This document shows, piece by piece, positions 9,731 through 17,655 of a stretch of 64,000 bases of DNA. A model generated the notes under the pieces. It was not told the DNA's origin and did not search any database. It saw nothing but the letters and a program-made list of their open reading frames with translations. This stretch comes from an uncultured Bacilli bacterium. GTDB taxonomy: Bacteria > Bacillota_I > Bacilli_A > RF39 > UBA660. Positions within the stretch are counted from its first letter, which is position 1; each line of letters begins with the position of its first letter. The stretch is from positions 479 to 64,478 of the forward strand of contig CANPYM010000001.1 in assembly GCA_947588685.1 (NCBI GenBank), read 5' to 3'. A program made the position numbers and the translations under genes.

Positions 9731-10879
9731 CTAATTCATCTTTTTATAGGCACTAATATAAAGGCCAGCGATAATATCAGCAAACATCTTAGCTGACTCA
9801 TATGTCTTAAAATGATATGGTCTTATAATAACGGTATCACGATCTTTGAAAAGTTCTTTATACATCGTTTCGATAACTTCATCAGTCGTTAATACTAAAA
9901 CCGTTATGCCATTTAAAGAAGCATAGTTAATTTTAGCTTCCAAATCAGCATTATAATCATTAGCGTATACTAGAACGAAAGCAGAATTAACATATATTTT
10001 TTTAAACTCTTCGGTAAGAGGTAATGATACATTAGCATTATATGGATAATAAATTGGATTTTTAAAACAACGTCTACAATTATTATATAGTTCAATATAA
10101 TCATTATGATATTCGCGGTTTACAATCCCCCCGAAAAGGAAAACTGGTTTCTTTGGATTAATAGCTCGTCCATATTTTTTAAAGAAATTAGGATGTTCAA
10201 AAAGAAGAAAGGGATTATTAGTAGGTTTCTCTTCTTGTGGTAAAGCATTTGCGCTAGGAGTTTCCACTTTCGTGTTTTCTACTTTAGGCACTTCTAGTTT
10301 AGGAAGAGGTTCAGAAACTTTAGATACTTTTTTCTTTGCCTTTAATTTTTGAACATAGCTATGATATAAACTATCAATGGTTGGCAAATCATCATTAGGG
10401 AAATCTTCAAGATAATTACTATATTGATCACAAATTTTACGAACAAAAGTAAAATATTCTTCATCCGTAAAATTCTTAACTACTTTCTTCAAGTTTTCAT
10501 TAATTATCGTATCACTTACGGCATCATCCATAATCGCATCAAAAAACTCTTTATCTAACAAATTTGGTTCGTCAGTTAGAGCATACCTTAAGAAAGAACG
10601 ATTTTTAATGATTAATCTAAACGCAATTAAATGCTTTTTATACATAACAAAGCGCTCTTTATCATCCGGCATAAAAATACGTAATTTAAGATCATAATCC
10701 GGTGTATTCTCAATATCATAAGTGTGATTAAATTCTTTTATTTTATCTGGATATTCTTTTAAAACCCCTTTTGCCGTTTCAAACTTTACGGTATATTTAT
10801 CAATGTCAGTTAACTCACCATCCATTAAATGAATAGCGTTAACACTTGAATTATTAAGTGAAATACATAGAAATGCCAT
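9731..10879 (-). CDS. hypothetical protein (382 aa), C-terminal flavodoxin/NDT-like fold suspected
   Basis: ATG at 10879 follows an AGGTGG SD. N-terminal domain of unknown type, then a K/P/E-rich linker. The C-terminal block VFLFGG...AFVLVYANDYNADLEAKINYASLNGITVLVL resembles nucleoside 2-deoxyribosyltransferase-like folds (weak). Confidence 0.65.
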   Translation of the reverse strand: MAFLCISLNNSSVNAIHLMDGELTDIDKYTVKFETAKGVLKEYPDKIKEFNHTYDIENTPDYDLKLRIFMPDDKERFVMYKKHLIAFRLIIKNRSFLRYALTDEPNLLDKEFFDAIMDDAVSDTIINENLKKVVKNFTDEEYFTFVRKICDQYSNYLEDFPNDDLPTIDSLYHSYVQKLKAKKKVSKVSEPLPKLEVPKVENTKVETPSANALPQEEKPTNNPFLLFEHPNFFKKYGRAINPKKPVFLFGGIVNREYHNDYIELYNNCRRCFKNPIYYPYNANVSLPLTEEFKKIYVNSAFVLVYANDYNADLEAKINYASLNGITVLVLTTDEVIETMYKELFKDRDTVIIRPYHFKTYESAKMFADIIAGLYISAYKKMN

Positions 10880-10914
10880 ACTACCACCTAATATAATTAT
10901 AGTCATTATAACAC

Positions 10915-10942
10915 TAAAAAATCAAGTCTTTTGACTTGATTA
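10915..10942 (-). terminator. rho-independent terminator
   Basis: Minus strand ATCAAGTC-aaaag-GACTTGAT followed by TTTTT, 3 nt after the stop at 10945. Confidence 0.75.
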
Positions 10943-10944
10943 TC

Positions 10945-11946
10945 TTAATTAAAATTATCAATACCTTTCGTAAATTCATCGACAAGTTTATTAAATTGAA
11001 CAAGGTTTTGACTAAGTTCTGTCCGCTCTTTATCTAACTCTTTTCTTTCGTTAGCAAGATTAGTTCTTTCTGCATCTAATTGTTCTTTACGTTTAACTAA
11101 TCCTAATTCAACTTGTTCGATATTCTTATTACGACTATCATAAGACTCCCGTAGTTCATCTTCTAATTTCTTTAAATTAGCTAGGGATGTATTTTTATAA
11201 CTTTCAAACTCAGCTCGATCTTTAGCTAAGGCTTCTTGATCAGCGCGAAGAGTTACTAGTTCTTTTTCAATCTCACTCTTTTTAGCTTGAAGTTTAGCAT
11301 AGACATCTTCTTTATAAGTGTTTATTTCTGCATAATCTTTTTTCTTATTAGCCTCATGTTCTTGTTGCATCCGGCGTAATTCTTCATAACGCTCATCAAT
11401 TTTACGTTTAATCTCCGTATTACGATTAACAATCTCGGAAGCACCTTTAACGTTATTTGAAACTTTATCAAATAATTGATTTAAGTCTTGAATAGTTGTC
11501 CGAACAGGAGCTGGTGTCTCTTCTTTAGCCTTTGGTGGCGTAACTGGTTGGACTTGAGGATTAACATTACGTTCAACCCGACTTGGACTTATTGGCCGCG
11601 CTTTAATATTACGATTTAAATAAGCATCGACGCTTGAAACTTGTGATAGTGCATCTTCTTTAGAAGACGTATTATCAGTTTTTACTTCTTCGTGATGTGG
11701 CGTAATTAATTCAACAACCGGTGCATCATCATCTTTTTCAGTATATAAATCGATTTTAGGTTTATTATCTTCAACTTTTGGTTCATTATAATCCATATAA
11801 AAGTCAGCTAAATCATCTTCTTCTTTAGTCGAACTAATAGGTTTAATATCTTCATCATCCAAAAGTTTTAAATCGTCATCTTCATAGTTTAAACTATTTA
11901 GTTCTGATAAAATATCATCACTATTTACGTCTGCAATATTTTTCAT
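10945..11946 (-). CDS. acidic N-terminus / long coiled-coil protein (333 aa)
   Basis: D/E-rich N-terminal third, P-rich linker, and a C-terminal region of about 190 aa with heptad-like K/E/L periodicity. No enzymatic motif. Confidence 0.7.
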   Translation of the reverse strand: MKNIADVNSDDILSELNSLNYEDDDLKLLDDEDIKPISSTKEEDDLADFYMDYNEPKVEDNKPKIDLYTEKDDDAPVVELITPHHEEVKTDNTSSKEDALSQVSSVDAYLNRNIKARPISPSRVERNVNPQVQPVTPPKAKEETPAPVRTTIQDLNQLFDKVSNNVKGASEIVNRNTEIKRKIDERYEELRRMQQEHEANKKKDYAEINTYKEDVYAKLQAKKSEIEKELVTLRADQEALAKDRAEFESYKNTSLANLKKLEDELRESYDSRNKNIEQVELGLVKRKEQLDAERTNLANERKELDKERTELSQNLVQFNKLVDEFTKGIDNFN

Positions 11947-11961
11947 ACTTCACCTCGACAT

Positions 11962-12543
11962 TTACTCAGAAACATCGGGGTTAATACGATAGTTATCTAT
12001 AAAATCTCTAACATTCGCACAACTATTGACTAATTCCTTTGCTTCTAAGTACATTTTTTCTCGATCAAGCTGTTTTTGTTTTTCATATTCTTCTTTTTCA
12101 GCTTGAAAACTATCTTCGGACAATTTGCGAAGGCTTTCCCATTCTTGTTTTGTGCGTTCAAACTTAGCTTTTTCATTTTCTAACTCTTGCCGTTCAAGAC
12201 GAATCTTTTCTAATTCGAGATGCTTTTCCATTTCAAACAAAGCTCGTTCTTCATCCAAACTGTTAAGAGATGGTATCTCTTCTTCAGAAGGCGCGGCTTC
12301 ATCTATTTTTTCATCTTGCACTTCTTCGGCATCAGTGTTAGAGGCGATAATTTCATGAAGAAGTTTATCAAGTTCTTCATCATCCATATTGACAAGATCA
12401 TCAGCTAAAATTTCTTCTACAGCGGGTGCTGATGGGAACTCATCATCGTCACCTAAAGAAGTTAAATTGGTGACATCAAATAATAAATCATCGTCATCGT
12501 TTAGGATTACCATATCTAAATTGTCGTCCACTTGTATCACCAC
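11962..12543 (-). CDS. acidic N-terminus / coiled-coil protein (193 aa)
   Basis: Same architecture as the neighbouring 333-aa protein. GTG start at 12543, with an alternative ATG at 12513. Confidence 0.65.
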   Translation of the reverse strand: MVIQVDDNLDMVILNDDDDLLFDVTNLTSLGDDDEFPSAPAVEEILADDLVNMDDEELDKLLHEIIASNTDAEEVQDEKIDEAAPSEEEIPSLNSLDEERALFEMEKHLELEKIRLERQELENEKAKFERTKQEWESLRKLSEDSFQAEKEEYEKQKQLDREKMYLEAKELVNSCANVRDFIDNYRINPDVSE

Positions 12544-12604
12544 ACAACCTCTTTTTAATTCTTCGCAAGTATTATATCATAACCCAAATTAAAAAAACAA
12601 TATT

Positions 12605-14758
12605 TTATAATGGATTTATATCAATTTCTACTTTTAATTTAGGCGTAACATATTTTTGATTAATAAAAGTTAAGGCTTCCATTAATTCTTTTGATTTTTT
12701 ATACTTAATAGTAATTTGAATATAATAATTGTTATTTACTTTTGAGATAAAAGCATTACTTGGTCCTAAAACAATAATTTTAGAAACATTATTACGTAAA
12801 TACTGAGTAATTTTAGTTGCTTCTTTATAACATTCATCATAGTCTTTACCAATTACTTGAATCATTGTTAAATTATAAAATGGTGGATATTTCAATTGCT
12901 TTCGAACATTCATTTCCTCTTCATAGAATCCTTCATAATCGTGGATCTTAGCTTTTAAAATACTATAGTGATTTAAATTAAAACCTTGAATAATTACTTG
13001 TCCTAATTTATCCCCTCGACCAGCACGACCGGCTACTTGATCAAGCAATGAAAATGTTCTTTCTGCACTCCGAAAGTCAGGAATATTTAAACTGGCATCA
13101 CCATTAACAACACCAACTAAAGTTACATTTTCAAAATCAAGTCCTTTAGCAATCATCTGGGTTCCAACTAAAATATCATACTCATAATTTTTAAAAGCGG
13201 TAAGAATACTAGAATGACTTCCCTTTTTCGAAGTTGTATCAATATCCATTCGAATGATTCGGGCGGTTGGTAAAAGACGCGCTAATTCTTCTTCAAGGCG
13301 CTCTGTACCAAGACCGAATTGATTAATTTTATCACTTTTACAGTTAGGGCATATTTTCGGTTTATATGTCGTATAATCGCAATAATGACAACGCATCGTA
13401 TTAGTTTTCTTATGATAAGTAAGTGGTATCTCACAATTAGGACACATTACTTTATAACCACACTCATGACATAAAACAGTTGTCGCATAACCTCTTCGAT
13501 TTAAAAGAATAATAGCTTGTTCTTTTTTTTCGAGGATTGTATTTAGAGCTTGAAGTAGCGGTTTAGAAATGATGGGATGACCATGTTTTATCTCATCAGC
13601 CATATCAATTAAACTAACTTCCGGTAAATTGTTATTGATACGTTTAGTTAAACGAAGCAATTCATAAATACCCATCTTAGCACGTGTAAAGCTTTCTAAA
13701 GATGGTGTAGCGCTACCGAATAAAACGGGAATATGATGATACTTAGCACGAAAGATAGCTATATCAACAGCATAATAGCGAGGATTAGTTTCTTGCTTAT
13801 ATGTTTTGGTATGTTCTTCATCTAAAATAATAATACCAAGATTTTTAAAAGGTGCAAAAATAGCACTCCGAGCGCCAATGGCAATATGAACCTCACCGCG
13901 GACGATTTTACGCCATTCATCATATCTTTCAGCATCACTAAGACGGGAATGCAAAACCGCAATATCACTTCCAAAACGTCGTTCAAACTGACTGACTAGT
14001 TGCGGTGTTAAACTGATTTCAGGAACTAAAATAATAGCGTCTTTTCCTCTTTTTAAAGTATCCGCAATAATGCGCATATATACTTCCGTTTTACCACTAC
14101 CGGTTACACCATATAAAAGGAAAGGATGAAAAGTATCTTTGGAAGCGATAACTTTCGTAACAGCTTGTTTTTGCTCTTTATTTAAAGTAACAAGTTGTTC
14201 ATCCTGTTTTAAAGCATAATTAAGTCTATAAACCTCCTGATATTCTTCTTTGATGACACCTTTTTGAAGGAGTGTCTTTATCGGTGAGGCATAGTCTTTC
14301 AATTCCTTTTTTAAAATAGTTTTATCAGCTAACATTGCTAACAATTCTTTTTGCTTAGTATTTGCTCCCACATAAGATGGATCAACTAATTTAAGATATG
14401 TTTCATATTTTTCTTTAATTTTAACACCATTTTTAGCTTTTAGGGCTTTGGGTAACATAGCTTGATAAGAAGCCATTTTGGTAGCCAGACTTTTTTTACT
14501 TATATAATTACCAATTTCAATCAATTCATCAGTTAAAATAGTCTCTTCATCAATAACTTCAATGACATCCTTTAATTTACCATCAAAAGAACTGGTCTTA
14601 CTGATATTTATGACAAAACCCTCTAGCTTTTTAGAGCCAAATGGAACTAAGACACGCTTCCCAATGGCTATACTATCCTTTAAAGCTAGAGGTACATTAT
14701 AATCAAATAATTTATCAACAGCCTTAGCTGTTATTTCCACCAAAACCTGCGCTACCAC
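12605..14758 (-). CDS. priA: primosomal replication restart helicase PriA
   Basis: 717 aa. Walker A GVTGSGKT, DEEH box (ILDEEH), two CxxC pairs of the Cys-rich zinc region (CHECGY..CPNC...CHYC...CPNC). GTG start. Confidence 0.93.
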   Translation of the reverse strand: MVAQVLVEITAKAVDKLFDYNVPLALKDSIAIGKRVLVPFGSKKLEGFVINISKTSSFDGKLKDVIEVIDEETILTDELIEIGNYISKKSLATKMASYQAMLPKALKAKNGVKIKEKYETYLKLVDPSYVGANTKQKELLAMLADKTILKKELKDYASPIKTLLQKGVIKEEYQEVYRLNYALKQDEQLVTLNKEQKQAVTKVIASKDTFHPFLLYGVTGSGKTEVYMRIIADTLKRGKDAIILVPEISLTPQLVSQFERRFGSDIAVLHSRLSDAERYDEWRKIVRGEVHIAIGARSAIFAPFKNLGIIILDEEHTKTYKQETNPRYYAVDIAIFRAKYHHIPVLFGSATPSLESFTRAKMGIYELLRLTKRINNNLPEVSLIDMADEIKHGHPIISKPLLQALNTILEKKEQAIILLNRRGYATTVLCHECGYKVMCPNCEIPLTYHKKTNTMRCHYCDYTTYKPKICPNCKSDKINQFGLGTERLEEELARLLPTARIIRMDIDTTSKKGSHSSILTAFKNYEYDILVGTQMIAKGLDFENVTLVGVVNGDASLNIPDFRSAERTFSLLDQVAGRAGRGDKLGQVIIQGFNLNHYSILKAKIHDYEGFYEEEMNVRKQLKYPPFYNLTMIQVIGKDYDECYKEATKITQYLRNNVSKIIVLGPSNAFISKVNNNYYIQITIKYKKSKELMEALTFINQKYVTPKLKVEIDINPL

Positions 14759-14769
14759 AAATATCCCCC

Positions 14770-15702
14770 TTAATTTTTCAATGCTCGTAAAGCATCTTTT
14801 ACTTGTTTATTATAATTATCAATACTTTTTAAGAAAATATTTTGAATATTTTGCTCCCTGATTTTCTTCTTATTATACTCATCTTCAAACTTCTTGGTAA
14901 TCATCCTTTTAAAACTTTTTTCATCCATGGAAGACGTAACAACCATTTTTTCAATGAGACGATTAAGAAATGTTTGATATGCATTAACACCACTTTGATC
15001 ATCTTTTATAGTTTGAAGCGTTTGATAAGCTAAATAAGAAAGAGTTAGACTGCGCTCATCCAATAATTTTTTCGTTTTATCATCATCTAAAACTTTCGAT
15101 GTAGCTTTAAAGTTTTCAATAAAATTATATAATTCTAAAGCTTTACGATAGTTTGTTTCTTCCTCTAAAATAGGTGTCTTACTGACAGGATTTCTCACCA
15201 GGGAACTATCTTTTAATTTTTCAACGAAAGGACTTTTTAAAAGCGATGTTACAATCGCACTTACTCTATCGATGCGTTCTTTAAAAGTTAGTCCATAAGA
15301 TGATCCCATTTTATCACTCTTATAGTCAATTGATACTTTAATATCAACACTAACATCGGCGTCATTTAGGGATGACTTTAAAGTTGATACATAGTTAGAA
15401 GAAGCTCCAATATTACCATTGAAGAAGCGATTTTCTTCTAGAATAATAAAATCATTCAAACGATATAAAAGCGTTTTAATAAAACGATTTTCATAGGATG
15501 TTTCGACATCTTGATCAGCTTCACTATAATCAAAGTTAACAATATTAGATACAAAAGGCAAATATTGTTCGACTTGATTAAGCCAAGAATAATCATAGTC
15601 TTTAGAACTTATTTGACCCTTGACATCCATCTTGGCATCTTTGGTAAAAGAATCATAATTATCATCTGCTATACTCATCAAGTCAACCATTTTATCGTTC
15701 AT
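14770..15702 (-). CDS. hypothetical protein (310 aa)
   Basis: Complete ORF 11 nt upstream of priA. It contains the YENRFIKTLLYRL motif reminiscent of DUF2357/DUF524-type proteins, followed by VDIKVSIDYKSDK (weak PD-(D/E)xK-like pattern). Confidence 0.65.
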   Translation of the reverse strand: MNDKMVDLMSIADDNYDSFTKDAKMDVKGQISSKDYDYSWLNQVEQYLPFVSNIVNFDYSEADQDVETSYENRFIKTLLYRLNDFIILEENRFFNGNIGASSNYVSTLKSSLNDADVSVDIKVSIDYKSDKMGSSYGLTFKERIDRVSAIVTSLLKSPFVEKLKDSSLVRNPVSKTPILEEETNYRKALELYNFIENFKATSKVLDDDKTKKLLDERSLTLSYLAYQTLQTIKDDQSGVNAYQTFLNRLIEKMVVTSSMDEKSFKRMITKKFEDEYNKKKIREQNIQNIFLKSIDNYNKQVKDALRALKN

Positions 15703-15705
15703 AAC

Positions 15706-16827
15706 TCACCTATTTTCTATCACGTTAATTCCTAATTCATCATCTAGAATGAATTTAGCATTTTTTACTTCCCACACTTTATGATATGAAGGAAAAGTAT
15801 CATATAATTCCCTTGTCATAAAAACATAATCAAACAAATCAAAACTGTTGCTAGCAAGTTTTAATTTTGAAGAAATATTATTTGTTGCAACCTTATACCC
15901 CTTCGCAGCTAACATCTTTAGACTACTCATATTATGACGAATATCATCATAGTCAAAAGTTAAAATAATTTTCTTACGAAAATCCCGATTATTTAAAATG
16001 CGATCTAAACTTAAAAGATTTTTATTTTTCATTAAATAATCACTCTTTAAAGGGAAAAAATAATAATTATTTCTCTTTCCTTTTAAATATTCCTTTAAAA
16101 TCCAAAAGGTTAACTTTTCAAGATATATTGTACATAAATCGTCATTAATTCCCTTTGTGAATCTCGCCTTTTCAAGTTCTAAAGTATCATAACGACTAAG
16201 TTGTTTAATATCATAATAGTAACTAACCATATAGTAATTATCGTTTTTAACATAACGATGAAACTGTAAAATAAAGGAATTGTTATCAAGAGCTTTAAAG
16301 AACTTCTTCTCTGCCGTTACATCTTTACGACCCCTTATAAGTAATTCTTTATTAAGCGGTTCTAACTCACTTGCTGTTACTTTAATTCTTTTAGCAAAAT
16401 CATTAAAAAAGGCCTGCAGACGATCTTCTAATGGTAGGTCGTTATTAAACTCATTAGTATATTCATCAACCTTTAAGGCTAGATAAATGAGATTAGAAAG
16501 AATGACAATCGTATTGATGTCATCATTAATTTGACTATCTAAACCACTATTTTGATAAAAAAGAAGCGATGAGGTTAAAACATCTTTAATCATTGATGGA
16601 GTACTCTCTTTGATTTCAAAATATTTAGACAATAGTTCATAATTTGTTTCAGGATGAAAGTAATACTCTGTCATATATATTTCAATTATCTTATTAATAA
16701 TTTTAGTTAACTTAACATTTCTTTTTAAAGTATATTTAGTGAATATCTCAGCATAACGACATATATTTTGTCCCTTACGCCATATAAATAAAGAAATAAT
16801 GTCATTTTCCACTATACCACTTCCCAA
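15706..16827 (-). CDS. hypothetical protein (373 aa), degenerate EAL-like C-terminus suspected
   Basis: TTG start in the ORF track; the true start is uncertain. The C-terminal block KKIILTFDYDDI...LKMLAAKGYKVATNNISS...FDLFDYVFM follows the spacing of EAL motifs, but the catalytic residues are replaced. Confidence 0.6.
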   Translation of the reverse strand: MGSGIVENDIISLFIWRKGQNICRYAEIFTKYTLKRNVKLTKIINKIIEIYMTEYYFHPETNYELLSKYFEIKESTPSMIKDVLTSSLLFYQNSGLDSQINDDINTIVILSNLIYLALKVDEYTNEFNNDLPLEDRLQAFFNDFAKRIKVTASELEPLNKELLIRGRKDVTAEKKFFKALDNNSFILQFHRYVKNDNYYMVSYYYDIKQLSRYDTLELEKARFTKGINDDLCTIYLEKLTFWILKEYLKGKRNNYYFFPLKSDYLMKNKNLLSLDRILNNRDFRKKIILTFDYDDIRHNMSSLKMLAAKGYKVATNNISSKLKLASNSFDLFDYVFMTRELYDTFPSYHKVWEVKNAKFILDDELGINVIENR

Positions 16828-16872
16828 GTATCTACTTACTAAATCGTATCATAAACAACGACAATTTACAAG

Positions 16873-16898
16873 AAAAAAAACGCCAATAAAAGGCGTCC
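16873..16898 (-). terminator. rho-independent terminator
   Basis: Minus strand GACGCC-ttttatt-GGCGT followed by T8. Confidence 0.7.
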
Positions 16899-16907
16899 TT
16901 TAATAAT

Positions 16908-17579
16908 TTAATTTTTTGGTGTTTGCACATTTGATGCGGCTTGATTTGACGTTACCTGATTAGATGTTGTTTGATTAGAAGTTACTTGATTTGATGCTGT
17001 TTGATTTGACGTCGTTGGAGTAGTTGGGGTTTGATTTGATGTCGCTTGATCCGTGGTTGGATTTTGATTAGATGTTTGGATAGTATTACAAGGACATAAA
17101 TTAATTTTGCAAGCATCAGGTGTCGTCGTTGTCGTACAGCAACTACATTGATCAGATGTGTAAACGATCTGTCTTTTAATATTATTTGGTAATTTAAAAG
17201 TAACATCATTTTCAAAGTATAAGGCATCATCGTTATCTAAATCAAAGAAAATCGTCTTATCATCAAGAACCATTTTATATTTCCCATAAACAACAGCCTT
17301 AACAGTATCATTAAGATCAACATCTTTAAGGTATCCCTTAACCTCATTTGGATTGACAATATCTAATTTGGTATATTTATAGCCATTGATATTGGCATCA
17401 TATACGTAATCTGTAACATATAATTCAATATTGTTAATTACACCAATCGGCATAGCTTCTTTCTTTTCTGTTTCTTCTTTAGTCGCATCAGTTTCTGGCT
17501 GATGTGTTGTCATATAAACAAATCCCGCTAACATTGCAACAAACATTATGCCAAAGATAGCTAAAACTTTCTTATTCAT
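16908..17579 (-). CDS. membrane-anchored protein with Cys cluster and T/S/N/Q-rich repeat tail
   Basis: 223 aa. N-terminal TM helix, then CSCCTTTTTPDACKINLCPC, then TSNQ(V/T/A) pentapeptide repeats. Confidence 0.7.
   Translation of the reverse strand: MNKKVLAIFGIMFVAMLAGFVYMTTHQPETDATKEETEKKEAMPIGVINNIELYVTDYVYDANINGYKYTKLDIVNPNEVKGYLKDVDLNDTVKAVVYGKYKMVLDDKTIFFDLDNDDALYFENDVTFKLPNNIKRQIVYTSDQCSCCTTTTTPDACKINLCPCNTIQTSNQNPTTDQATSNQTPTTPTTSNQTASNQVTSNQTTSNQVTSNQAASNVQTPKN
16931..17075 (-). repeat. about 15-bp in-frame tandem repeat (TSNQx units)
   Basis: Reiterated ttgatt(t/a)ga(c/t/a)gt units with 15-nt period, about 9 copies of variable fidelity. Confidence 0.75.
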
Positions 17580-17631
17580 ATCGTCACCTACTATAATTAT
17601 TATATCAATTATAGTTTATAAATACAATAAT

Positions 17632-17655
17632 AAAAAACGGTTACCCGTTTTTTAT
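17632..17655 (-). terminator. rho-independent terminator after pheT (palindromic, bidirectional shape)
   Basis: AAAAAACGG-ttac-CCGTTTTTT overlapping the pheT stop. Confidence 0.6.
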
